A stretch of 63,581 nt of DNA, filler included, from Choristocarpus tenellus KU-1152 (taxonomy: Eukaryota; Protista; Phaeophyceae), in NCBI GenBank assembly GCA_964200185.2. It is 13 parts of 13 records of this genome, joined end to end, with 100 filler letters (N's around TTAATTAATTAA, not from the genome) between each part and the next. Parts side by side here need not be neighbours in the genome. Positions count along the whole stretch, not along the records: positions 37,574 to 48,994 come from CAXNAD020002329.1; positions 49,095 to 60,967 come from CAXNAD020002088.1; 11 more parts are not named here. One strand, written 5' to 3'. The notes beneath the pieces are model-generated. The model searched no databases and was not told where the DNA came from. It saw nothing but the letters and a program-made list of their open reading frames with translations. The translations under genes were made by a program, and so were the position numbers. The first letter of the stretch is position 1; each line of letters begins with the position of its first letter. Positions 38,331 through 51,539 of this stretch are shown here, piece after piece.

Positions 38331-41300
38331 TTACGTGGTCTGCACTGCAAACCAAAACGGTTTGACCCACCAATAATATACCCTATGAGTCCTGTGTCCA
38401 TCACGAGTCCAATGACATGTCTCGCGTCATGAACAAGTAAAACAATCAAGGAAATCTGAAAACAAAATAATTTTTTCGACAAAACAGAACAGTTTTCCAA
38501 CGCAGATAATGAAACAGTAGTTCATTCATGGGATGAATATACCTGGAGCAGATTTAACAGCGATTTGAACGCCTCCAGTCTACATCGTAGGACTGAATTA
38601 TTAGATAAAATTCGACCTAACTAAAAGGAACGTATCTTGTGCTTTAGGTGGGGCTAGGACCTCAACCAACGGCTTTAGATTCACCTTTGACACTTCCACA
38701 TTTAACTCGAAAAATCACACAAGATAATTATATAGAAAAACTTTAATTTTACCTCCCTCCATAAATTGTTCGGTTTTCATTATATTTCTTCTTTTTCCTA
38801 CGTTCTACAATTTAAATGTCAGTGACGATAGTAATACTATTTTCAAGTGAAGAATACAACAAACAAAAATGTAATCGAGTTTGAATTTCACACTATAAAG
38901 TCTTTTAGATACACCAACAAGAGTTGCTTATTTAAACACAAGAAAACAAGAAATAACCTCCATAAATTAATTACAAAAATCAAATGGAAAAGAGAAGACA
39001 CAAACAAAACTTCCAAGTTAAGAAACCTTTTGGCAGATATTAGTGGTGGTAGTGCAGGTGGGCGGTGTCTGGTGCTTGGGCTCCCATACCTACTGCTCTA
39101 GTTTGACTTACATCAACTATCATCTTCTCAACTTTATCGGAATGCCACTATCTATGCCGTGAAGCATGCGGTGCCACCAATTACACACTCTTACCAATGG
39201 TGGTTGGTTGGCCTTTTGCTCCGTCCCTCGGCTGTTCTCCCATCCATGTTGAGGACATATTCATAGCACAACCACCAGTCCTCTCCTGTACACATTGCGT
39301 CTGTTTCCCATCATCAGTAAAGTTCCCCAAACATCCAAACCCGTTGGGAAGTTCCTCATCCCCCATGTGTGCAATGGACCCATCTGGACGTCAGAGGGCA
39401 TAATAATATATAATATAGTAGGACGAATAGTACCCGCAATCACCCCGGTATGGTTGGTGAATTCTGACGGCCGTACACGATTTTCAATGTCTCTAAGGTT
39501 GGCAACAATCGGTTGTAGATTTCCGACGGTAGGGTTGCGGTATAGATCAATCATCAACATTTTCCCCAACCGTAACGGTGCCTGTGTAACAACAGGATGT
39601 TTTTTTCACGGTCATTGCAACTGCGAGAAACTTCTGTAAGTGGATACATATACTCCTTCCTTTAACCTACTGTTTTCTGGTCGTTGGTGAGAGAGGAGAT
39701 CGATGGTCTAATAAGAGGGGAATTTGACGATTTGACTTCTCCTTTTTCTATGATGGTTATGACTATGAGGTTCATACTTCTGGTCATTAAATTTATTTGT
39801 GAAATTTATTGTGTGAAATTATGAGGTCGAGTCGAACTAGAACAGAGGTACCCTACTTGGATTTTATGGACGCAAAGTATGTCCGAAATTCAGCTTTTTT
39901 GGTTCTGTGTATAGAATATTATATATTTATATTATTATGCCCTGTGACATTTCCAGATATTATGTGTTATCTGGATCGTTGCGAAAAGTTTCAAACAATA
40001 GAGAAATCGACCGTCCCAAGTCAAATTTAGCACTTCATCTACAGAAATATGGGTAAGTGAGCAAATGAATCTAAAAATGGCTTGTAATGGAAAACGACCA
40101 AAAACTGCCTACCTCTCCTTACTTCCGGTCTGGAGTATATTATTATTATTGCTTTATTCATGTACTATGTATCACTTAGTTCATTATATTTTTACATACT
40201 GTGGAAAGCTTGTCTCTTGTTATACCGTTACTACCGAATGCTGTATACCGTTATACCGATTGAGGTTTCCTTGTCAGGAATCCCCGATTCCATTGTGGAG
40301 GGTCTTACGAATATTTGAGGTGTGGACATCTCTTTTATCCGAGATGTCACACATCAAAGATTCTCTTTGTTGTCACGCCTTTGACTTTTGTGATGTTCCC
40401 ACTCTCATAAGATTCTCATCACTCCACAGTTTTTCTCCAAGTCCTTGCAGTCTTGCACTTGTCCAACCTTAACCTCGTCCTCTCGGTTACGGTTCGCCTT
40501 GGTTCGTCTGGTCCATCTTACCTGATGATTCTCTTCGCCACCCTTCTTACCTGAGTGAACCACGCCGCCACAGAATCACACGATTCATAATATCATTGTT
40601 TTATTTCGTATTATTTCATTATTCTGGTTTTGTCAGATACTCTCTACTACTACCTCTCTCTCTATATATATTATTTTGCCCTCTGACATTTTGGAGATGT
40701 GTCAGGGCGGAAACCAATGAAAACTATTCACATGTCAGTATAAGCCTGAAACAAATAAAATATGTTACAACTGTGAAAAACACTAATCTATTTGTTATTT
40801 CACTACTATCTATGTTGTACTACCGCCTTCCTGTGTCTCCAATCTACCTATTCCTGTGCCCCATGGAGGCACCCCAAGAATCCAACAAACCTCCGTGCCC
40901 ATATCCCTGGTGACTCCAGCTTAAAACGCATGACACGTGTAGACAGTGCCACTACTTAGTAGTTACTGAGACAATTTGGAGTAGCCGGGATTTAACTGCT
41001 CCTTTCCTACTATATCTCCAGTAGTTCATCTCTCCCCACCATGTATGTGTGTAGTCAGCTCATCCAAAAACCTTTCTGCTTGCTTTGCTGAGGCACCCAA
41101 AACTTTCCACCATGAAGGTGTTGAGGTTATAACTATGAGGATCAAAAGAGCCCTCGTAGTGGGTGCGCTTTCGTGTTTCGGCTGCAGCAATAGGTACACC
41201 ATTGTTGGTGGAAGAGTATGGAAGATGGGAGGTTCCTGCACTTCTGGAAATGTAACATCTACTACTACTGTTGTGAATGTTAATATCGATTACATCTATT

Positions 41301-42227
41301 ATTTCACACCAAAATAAACCTCAAACAAAAAAAGTATAAATAGAACCATACCGCATCAGAAGGACCTAAAATTGACCTTACAACTAATAATGTGTATGTT
41401 TATCACCCGTATTCTTTATTCTCTGGTCCCTTTTTGTTTGTACAACTTATCATTGTGTTTCTGACCATGGGTCTGACCGTGTTCGTGTTGTGTGTTGATC
41501 TTTCTCCACAACAAATCCTTTGACCAGGATTGTGTGGTGGATTCACACACACATATATATATATACATATTTATGCTCACTGACATTTTCGTGACGTTTT
41601 CATGGTGGGATAAGAAACATCATGCATGCATCCAACAAATTATATAGGATTATATATGCCTCAGTCTTGGTTCTGATGGACCAATGAGAAGGAAAGTTGT
41701 TCCATTAAACCCTTCGATTTGAAATAATGGTCGTCTTACATCTATAATTACTTGAACTTAAAAAGAATGTGAGATAGTCGATCAATCTATCAAGAAAGGA
41801 TCACATACATGTTTCTTTCCCTCTTCCCCTCTGACCACTGCCAACACAAGATTTCATTTGATATACCAAGAAAATTTGTAGTATTATTGTGTGTAATATA
41901 TTCCAAACATTACTGATTGATTGATGCCTTCGTGCTCTCTACTAAACTTGCGAAAAACGGAAACCTTCTTCGTTCCTGGGTTGGTACAATACGATCAACC
42001 ATAATAAACTGTTACCTATGACTAGCAATTAAGCAGTTCGCATCAGGGACAATCCTGGCTGCCAGGGGCTGCTGGGAGAGGGGTCTTGGCCAAGGATTTC
42101 TCCATAGGACGGAAGGATCGGGGTGGCAGGGCGTGGTTTTAAGGGCGACTTTTTGTCCAAGTGGGAATCCACTATCAGTTTGCCCGTGTAGTTTGGCAGT
42201 TAACGTTTGATTTAGGTTGCTGTTTTT

Positions 42228-45200
42228 ATGGCATCCAGCCGGGCCCAGACACCGTCGTCGGAATGGCGAACTCGAAAGGGAAGTAGCCGTGGTTACGTTG
42301 ATGGTGCCCGTCGTCGGGCAGATTCGGAGGGCGTGAACAGTGAAGTATCAGAGGTGGCTCATCGCGGCAAGTTTTGGACTTCAGGCCCAAAGGGGGTGGA
42401 GCGAGATGATAAAGGAGGATTATTGGGTGATAATACGGATAGAGCGAGCCTGAAATCTTTGAGCTCTACTCCAAACTCTGGTTTCGGTTACGGTACTGGG
42501 GAGGAAGGAAACGTGGTTTCCGTCCGTGACCGTGTCCGCATGATGCAGGGAATGGCGGCCCTCGAGGCCGTCGCGGCAGCTGCTGCCAATGCTAGGAAAG
42601 GGCCGGATGAGAGCGCGAAAGGGAGAAAAGCTGGAAGCGATGTACGCCCCCGTGGTATCCCGACGCTTGGGGCTGATGCGCGAAGGTTGGGTGGATGCTC
42701 CAAAACCTCCCTTAAGGTTGAACCGATTAACTCCTCGAGGGGAACTGCAATGATATGGGGCGAACCAATGATAGGTAGGGGAGGTTCTTTCGGCAAGAGA
42801 GGTATATCGGCAGGTGGGGGGACGCCGCGTGACGATGAAACATCAGGAGGGAGGAACACTCACGGGGAGAGATCGACCCGCACGCAATACCCAGGCGCGC
42901 AGGAAGGAACGACAGTGCGAATGGAGAACATGGAACTGCGCAAGAAGAATAAGAAGCTGGAGAGTCGCCTGATCCAGATTAAGGTGAAAGGAGGTTTGAC
43001 GGGGCAGCAGGGACTAACCTAACTGCGTAAGTCCAGGCAAGGAGAGTCTGGAGTTACAATTCTCACTGTTGATATCATTGGTCTCCATTGGAATTGGGAA
43101 GATATGGTCCATGAAATATCGAAGAAACAAAATCAAACTGCAATATTACAGATCTGCAAAATCTAGCCGCTGATGTGGCTGAAAACAACTGTTTTCTTCG
43201 AGGGTATCACCTTCCTTCACTTTGTGACGTCCAGGATTTATTTTTCGTAATAGCTGCCACCTTTGCAAAATCGAAGAGGAGATGGGCTTTGAAAGACCAG
43301 TAAAGTAGTAGTGCGAATAGGACAAACCCTGCTATCCCCTTGTCCCTATGATACTTTAAATATAGATCGTCCATCCTAGATCATACCAACTCCTCTACAT
43401 GCACCACTATAGCCTGTAAAAATTGTCGAGTACGTTATTGTTTTCTTGTGTTCTGAAGTGTTGCATATTGCCACTGGCCTCACTGTGCTCAGCAGGCTGT
43501 ATCATAGAGAGCGGTCAACCCAATCCCTCCTATTTCCCATAATAAAAAGTCACGGTGTCATCACTAAGTGTTTTTGTTTGTTTGCACTTTGCTGTGTTTC
43601 CCACAAACGTACCGAATAATGAGTGCATGTAACTGCTGTTTTCTATTTTTGAATAATGAGTGCATGTAACTGCTGTTGTCTATTTTTGAATAATGAGTGC
43701 ATGTAACTGCTGTTTTCTATTTTTGAATAATGAGTGCATGTAACTGCTGTTTTCTATTTTTGAATAGTGAGTGCATGTAACTGCTGTTTTCTATTTTTGA
43801 ATAATAATTGCATGTAACTGCTGTTGTCTATTTTTGTCCGAGTGCAGTCCCGTACGTATATGTTGTTGTTACTGTTTCTACCTCCTCTCTATTGCTTTTG
43901 TCGATACACAATTTTCTGTTCAGGTTGCGGGTCTGCGCACAGAATGTTCTTAGGCATCTCCTTGCTTTTTCTCAATAGCTGATTTACGCGCAACTTTGTT
44001 GAATGGAAGAGACACAATTGTCATTCTTTGTTATCGGGTGTCCACAAGAAAAATGTACTGTACGTTAACTCCACATGGTACTACGGTATAGACATTTTTT
44101 TCTTCATTGACACCCAGGGTTGTAACCTCACAATAAGGTTGTAACCTCACAATAAGGTTGTAACCTCACAATAAGGTTGTAACCTCACAATAAGGTTGTA
44201 ACCTCACAATAAGGTTGTAACCTCACAATAAGGTTGTAACCTCACAATAAGGTTGTAACCCTAACCCTAAGCTCTGTGTACGCGTCATCACCGTCTTGTT
44301 TTGCTTGTAAGACAATTTTTATTTCCAATCTTTCCTTACCATTGTACACCTTCATAATCTGATCACACCAATATATATATATATATATATAAGAGCACAC
44401 TCCATGTTAAGAATGTAGTACAGAACATAACGCCTGCTTCTGTGTCCGCCGCTGCCTGCTGCAATGACGCCACGCCACACCTCACTTCTGCAGGAGCGAG
44501 GGGTGGAGGAAGTCAAGCGATTGGAAGTGGTATGGTCTGAGAAGTTGAAGCATTCAGAGGACAGGGTGAGGGGGGTGACTGGGATGTACCGATACCGGGC
44601 TATCAGTTCAGGGTGGTTTGATTTTTTTTTTTAATAATAGACAATTTTTGAAGGGATACACTATTTGAATGAGGGTTTGGATACACTATTTGAATATGGG
44701 TTTGGAGGAGGTGGTACGAGGAGGTACGGACGCAGGCACCAGCCGAGCATCCAACAATGTTTTTATATTTTTTATTTTTTATTTTTACATATGTGTATGT
44801 TGTGTGTCTGTGTGTCTGTGTTAAAAAAATAACTTGAAATGATGGAATGTGAGCCCACCCTAGCCCTAACATTTGTTGCATTATCAAAGATACATGGGTA
44901 GCGTTTAGTCATTCGGTAAATTGGCAACATTTTAATATAAAACATTTTTTTGCACATATGTTATTTAATCTATTTAATCTATTAAATTTATTTAATCTAT
45001 TGAATGTATTTAATCTATTGAATGTATTTAATCTATTAAATTTATTTAATCTATTGAATCTATTGAATGTATTTAATCTATTAAATTTATTGAATGTATT
45101 TAATCTATTGAATGTATTTAATCTATTTAATGTATTTAATCTATTGAATGCATTTAATCTATTAAATTTACTTAATCTATTGAATCTATTGAATGTATTT

Positions 45201-46113
45201 AATCTATTTAATCTATTAAATTTATTTAATCTATTGAATCTATTTAATGTATTTAATCTATTGAAAGGTTCGACGAGCGGAGTTGCACATTTCGCTGGCA
45301 GATGATGCTGCACAGGAGGCAGAGAGCAGGGCACGAAATCTTGCCGCTAAGGTCCAGGTGTGTACTTGTGTTGGGGTGGTGGTGTATGATGCCTGGTCCG
45401 TGGTGGTGGGAGTATAGCAGCATCTTGGGTGGGGAGTATAGAGAGTAGGGAGTGATTGTGGTATGATAGGTACCCTTGAAAGTTTAATGAAATTTTGCAA
45501 TATGTTCCTTGCAACTTATGATATGTTCCTTGCAACTTATGCTCATATATGTATGTGCGTGGGTGTTTATTTGAATGTATCTATTTGTGTATTTATGTAT
45601 GTGTGTATGTATGTATGTATGTATGTATGTATATTATACTGTATGTATGATTGCTAGCATCTAAGATCTTTGTTTATTTTGGACTGTTTTTTGCTGTTGT
45701 GTTACAACAGTAGGATTGAAATATATACATTTTTTTTAAATCAAACATTTTTTTTTTTCGTTCAACAGTTTTCTGTCCATTTCAAAGTGGAATGGAAAGG
45801 GGCCTAGAGTGTGTGCAGTGAATTCGCTTTTTTCTTTTTTTTTTCAATAGTAGCTCTCCTTAAAAAAATATAATTCTATGGTGCGTATTGACTAACTTTC
45901 CAACCATACTGTACTGTTGCTATAGTGTAGAACGTGGTCATTGATGCTCAGGATGACAAGCTGGTTACAGCATTAAATGGTGTAACCACATCGCATTGGC
46001 CTAGGGACAGGGTTTCCCTGGAGTGGAATGCATCTTTATTTCCGCTGTTGCTGCTGTTGTGTGATCCTGTGTCTCTCTCTCACCTGTGTATATGTGTACC
46101 CCTGATGGATTTT

Positions 46114-46153
<40 letters not shown>

Positions 46154-47694
46154 GGTGTCTATTTATTTATTTTTTTGTAAGGATTTTGTTGTTCGCACGT
46201 TTTGCGTTGCTAGCTGCACCGTGAGTAGAGGTCCTAAAAATGTCCTAAATGTCCTAAAAATGTCCTAAAAATGTCCTAAATGTCCTAAAAATGCACGCAC
46301 TGATTATTGAAATTATTTCCGAGAATTTGCAGCTGGTTCAAAACAATTCCATTTTTTTTTTTTTTCAATAAAATGAGTTTTTTTTTTTCCTGATTGGGTT
46401 CGACTCGCTTCAACTGGGACAGTATAGATGTGGTGCGGGAAGTTGAGTCCGTCATTTCAGTCTTATCTGTCGGGAGGTATAATGTGTGTAGTTTTGTTTA
46501 TGTTTTTATTGAGTATTTCATTCCTGATTCAAGAGTTTTGCTAAGTTACGCGATTGTAATAATAATAGTAGTAATAATAATAATAATAATAAGAGTAATA
46601 ATAGTAATAATAATAATAGTAATAATAATAATAGTACTACTAATAATAATAATAGTACTAATAATAATAGTACTACTACTACTACTACTACTACTAATAA
46701 TAGTAATAATAATTGTACTAATAATAATAGTACTACTACTACTACTGCTACTACTACTAATAATAATAGTAATAATAATAATAGTAATTATAATAAAGCT
46801 CTGCTAATGAGTATTCATGACTTGCAAAGCTTACTGCCGAGTACTTGAGCATGACTAAGTTTGGAACCATTGCCGAGTGCATATTTTAGAACTGTTTTGA
46901 TTCCACCCCTACCGTGCTTTTAGATGTGGGACACATTAGTCATGTTTTTGTTCAAAATATGTGATCGTTGCTCTCTTTTTTCAAAACTAATTTCGTGTAT
47001 GTGCTGTTTGGCACATAGATAAATATATATATATATATATATGTATGTATATTGAAGGTCAAGGATGTGCTATTATTTTATTTTATTTGTTACTATTATT
47101 TTTTGGTACGGAAGGAAAAATCTTTTACTTTTATTTATTCTTTTGCACTCTGTCAATCCATGTGGTGGGTGGCAGTACCGTTAGAAGCAGCAGAATTTTT
47201 TGTTCAAAAATTGCAGTGAATGGCAACCGAAATGGATGCATTTAAGTGCATACCTCCATCCATCGACTTCGGTGTATCACATATGGTTATTGTTATTATT
47301 ATTATTATATTATTGTATGTGGGTAAGAAATAGAGCGAGATTGATGTGGTGACTCGTGCGTTTTTTGTATACAAGAAAAAATCTTTTTATTTTATTTTTT
47401 TATTTATTTTTTATTTATTTATTTTTCACAAGTTTTGTTCCACGTCTGTGTCCCAGGGGGATAACGTGCCCTCCGAAGAATGGAGTTTTTGTATCTGTTT
47501 ACTTTTTATTTGTACTAATTACTTTCTAAGTCGAAAAAAAAAAAGTTCTCCCTTCCTCTCCATCATTAAAAAATAAAAATTATTTTGTAAAACGAAAAAA
47601 AAGGTTCTGGAGAGCAAGGTAAGGGTCATGGGAAACCCAATGGAGGGAGGATTTGCAGCCCCGGTGGGGTCCCTAGAGGCAGAGATCACTGCAG
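42228..47694 (+). CDS. 5' part of an unidentified protein with a disordered N-terminus and coiled coil (exons 42228-42983, 44494-44565, 45268-45357, 47604-~47694)
   Basis: ATG-initiated GC-rich first exon followed by phase-0 exons: LRKKNKKLESRLIQIK-ERGVEEVKRLE..HSEDR-VRRAELHISLADDAAQEAESRARNLAAKVQ-VLESK. Confidence 0.7.
43614..43835. repeat. ~38-bp tandem repeat x6 (GAATAATGAGTGCATGTAACTGCTGTTTTCTATTTTT)
   Basis: Head-to-tail units with no spacers, intronic. Confidence 0.92.
44118..44270. repeat. 19-bp tandem repeat (GGTTGTAACCTCACAATAA) x~7.5 ending in CCCTAACCCTAA
   Basis: Perfect tandem units, intronic. Confidence 0.92.
44958..45265. repeat. 9-bp AT-rich minisatellite (TTTAATCTA/TTGAATGTA variants)
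   Basis: Direct inspection. It explains the spurious NRL/NLL ORFs. Confidence 0.92.
46556..46797. repeat. (AAT/AGT/ACT)n trinucleotide tract
   Basis: Direct inspection. Confidence 0.9.
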
Positions 47695-49429
47695 GTAGGC
47701 AGGGAAGGGATGCCTGATTTGCATCAATGGACATACATCTCACGGGTATTGCATTCAATGACGTGCAGTCCTGAAAATGTGATCTTGTTGAGAGCTTGCA
47801 TGGTTATTGTGGTTTGCCACCAAAGGCCTTTTACGTGGTATTGGTAGAATTTGGTGGTGGTGGGGAGGGGGTGGGCGGTGGGGGTATTTGATGAGTGATT
47901 TTAAAATAGAAAGAGCAGTAGGGAAGCGTGCATCCTATGTGGCTAATGTGAAGACGTGGTGTGTTATCCTGAGGGCCTAGATGCATTTTTTTTTCTTCTG
48001 TATAATGTCTTTTGTGTTCCAGCTGTGTGTGATGTTCCTGGAGTTGGAATATCGAAGGGTTTAGAAGGGTTTGGTTTTGTACTGACTGTATTGATGGCGA
48101 TTGGCTTAGAAGGGTTTGGTTGTGTACTGACTGTATTGATGGCGATTGACTGACAGGGTATACAGAGGGCTTGCCTTGTCAGTGGGAGTGGGGGGAAAAG
48201 ATTTGTTGAGTACACAGAGTTTTTTTTTTCTAGTTTTTTTTTTTGTTGATGGCTCTTTTTTTTTCTTTCTAATGTGGTGTTGTTTTCTTCACACGCACTT
48301 GACAATCCGTGGGAAATGTCCCCCTTTGTGTGTGTGATGTTCTACTAGATTGTATTGAAGGCATTACGATCATTATTTTTATTGTACTGTTAGTGCTGCG
48401 TTATTTGCAATCATGATTAGGGTTAGGGCTACTGCACTCATGGATATATATATATATATATATATATTTATTTTTTTCTCCACAAACGAATTCAAAAGGA
48501 TTATTCGATTGTGATATCAAGTGCTATTCTGATCAAATGGCCTTAAGTAGTTACAACGACCTTATGATCAATCCATTGTTACTCTGATGAAAGCTCAGTC
48601 CGTTGATTCAACCCTAACCCTAACCCTACATGGGGGCTCCATTCCTTTCGGGTGATTATTACTTTTTCTAGGTATAGGGTTAGGTCTGAGGGGGGGGTGG
48701 TTTTTTTCGATAGTCATTGAGAAGTATGTCCAGGGCTGGAGATTACTGGTTGTCGAACGACTTGTATCCTCCCAACCCAACCACATTTCCCGCTCTCTAT
48801 CTCCACTGCTTTTTGAAAATTCTCTAAGAGTTGATCGTGTGGATACCTTAGCAATCACTGCTTTCTCCTGAGGTCCTCCCATGAAGTCATATTCTTGGAG
48901 AGTTGTTTTTGTGTGTGAAGTCATTCCCCCCTGTTGTTCCTCATTGATACAGTTTAAGAAAAGGGGGGGGGGGGGTGTTCAGTGCCCTTGTTCCNNNNNN
49001 NNNNNNNNNNNNNNNNNNNNNNNNNNNNNNNNNNNNNNTTAATTAATTAANNNNNNNNNNNNNNNNNNNNNNNNNNNNNNNNNNNNNNNNNNNNCTTCCC
49101 TCCTCTCCTCCTCTTCTCTGGACTTAGATAAAAAAAAAAAAAAGGAGGGGGGGGGGGGGGGGAGGGGGTCATGAATAATAAGAGGAAGATGAAGAAGAAA
49201 AATACTGTGGTACAATCTGTTCTGATTCTTATGATCTGTTCTGTTTTACTTGATCTAGGAGTGACAACAGGTTATGGCTGGAAGCCCCCCTACTCCACAA
49301 TTCCTCACCTCTCCACCCTTCCCACATATTAAAAAAAAAATCTACATTACCATTTTACCATTTCTCAGTAGGCGACTGGATCTATAAGGGTTAGGGTTAG
49401 GGTTAGGACCGAAACTTTCAGAGTGCACA

Positions 49430-49655
49430 CATATTCATCATATTCATTATATTCATCATATTCATTATATTCATTATATTCATCATATTCATCATATTCA
49501 TCATATTCATCATATTCATCATATTCATCATATTCATCATATTCATTATATTCATCATATTCATTATATTCATCATATTCATCATATTCATCATATTCAT
49601 CATATTCATTATATTCATTATATTCATCATATTCATCATATTCATCATATTCATC
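49430..49655. repeat. 9-bp minisatellite (ATATTCATY)
   Basis: About 25 tandem units. Confidence 0.93.
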
Positions 49656-49905
49656 AAATGAAAAACAGGCATCTACAACTCACACACAAAATATATATAC
49701 ATACAAAAGTGAAGGGTTCAAACATTCAAATATTCCCACACAAACAAGATAGTTCCAATCCTATGACAACAAGAATCCCAGGTAACATCTAGTTCAGCTG
49801 TGTTACTCACACCACCTGGGCAACAACAAACAAAAACATTCTATCTCTACCGAATACACAATCTCTTTCAGTCCTTAGACACCGTGCCAAAAAAACACTG
49901 CATCT

Positions 49906-50340
49906 GCTACTACTGTATACTACTGTATACTACTGTATACTACTGTCTACTACTGTCTACTACTGTCTACTAATGCATACTACTGTATACTACTGTCTAC
50001 TACTGTCTACTACTGTCTACTACTGTCTACTAATGCATACTACTGTATACTACTGTATACTACTGTATACTACTGTCTACTACTGTCTACTACTGTCTAC
50101 TAATGCATACTAATGTATACTACTGTCTACTACTGTATACTACTGTCTACTAATGCATACTACTGTATACTACTGTCTACTACTGTCTACTACTGTCTAC
50201 TACTGTCTACTAATGCATACTAATGTATACTACTGCATACTACTGTCTACTAATATATACTACTGTATACTACTGTCTACTACTGTCTACTAATGTATAC
50301 TACTGCATACTACTGTCTACTAATATATACTACTGTATAC
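49906..50340. repeat. 10-bp minisatellite (TACTGTMTAC variants)
   Basis: About 43 tandem units, with periodic TAATGCATAC variants. Confidence 0.93.
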
Positions 50341-51236
50341 CACCATCTACCACTACTACTGTTGGTTCCACATTTCTCTTCCCATCAAAAATACCTTCAA
50401 ATATATGGAGGCACATGCACTCATACAGAAACAATTCATAATCAACTATTCAACTTCAATTCTTCAATGAAACCTCGCTAGGGTGTAGTCATCGTCCCTC
50501 CATAAGAATATGCACAAACCCATCCCAAACATGTATTATATGTGTAATTCCTTCTTCACGTCTGATTCTTCCTAAGTTTGTATAGTTAGATGTATATGTA
50601 TTATATATATGCAATTATATATGTGTAATTATGTGTATGTATTTTTATGTAATTATGTACATAAGTCAAAAAAAGAAGAAAATGGCTTGAAAAATCTTGA
50701 AAATACAAAATGTTCATCAAAACCAGAACAGGCTTTAAGGTGCACACCACAAGCAATATTAACCACATCAACATTAACCACATCAACCACCCTCCCACTC
50801 CACCCACAATACCAACTACCTAACATGTCCTTGCAGGGAGGACAATTCAACATAGAGGACAACAGGGCAAGACATGGAGCAGTAAATCAATCATACAACA
50901 GATGATACAACAAATGATACAACAAATGATACAAACAAATGATACAAACAAATTATACAACAAATTATACAAACAAATTATACAAACAAATTATACAAAT
51001 AAATTACACAAACTCTCTCTTGGAGAAAGGAGGACAGGGCCTTCAACTCCAAGCACCCACTCAAAATTATTTATTTTTTAAATGTTGAAATCATGAAGAA
51101 TGCGTTGTATATGAAAACATACACTATGCGTTAAAAACTCTTAATAACAAAGATAACAAAGATAACAAAGATAACAAAAGATTTCAAAATAGGGGGGTCA
51201 AGTCAAGCAACTCCCTCTTCCAATATGTTGTCTCAC

Positions 51237-51446
51237 CCTCTCTGACTCATCCACTTCCGCCCCCATCCACCCTATCCAGATGAAATCCATCTCATCGCGG
51301 ACGCCTTGTAGTGCTGTTACCAAACCCCCACTTGACATGCGAAAGGCCCACTCTCCTGTAACATTATCACGTTGTGCACTTATTGGAAGGCGGTTTGAGA
51401 CAACAAGGACACGACTCTTCTTCTCCTTCTTGGTGGGAGTGTTGCT
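51237..51446 (-). CDS. TPS: Trehalose-6-phosphate synthase (GT20), exon encoding the start of the catalytic domain
   Basis: SRVLVVSNRLPISAQRDNVTGEWAFRMSSGGLVTALQGVRDEMDFIWIGWMG carries the canonical VVSNRLP/SSGGLV/WIGW motifs, with AG/GT boundaries. Confidence 0.93.
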
Positions 51447-51539
51447 CTTGAAAAAAAAATTAAGAAGCCATGACAGACAGGGTGGACATGGGGTAGGGGG
51501 AGAGGTGGGGGTGAGGGTGAGGCATACAGTTGCTACTCA

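Noticed and set aside
43614-44270. 38-bp and 19-bp repeats as CRISPR-like arrays
   Set aside because: Head-to-tail with no unique spacers, no cas genes, and located in a eukaryotic intron.
44909-50481. Repetitive ORFs (NRL/NLL, poly-I/L, MNM/SSY, YYCLL)
   Set aside because: Translations of intronic mini/microsatellites.
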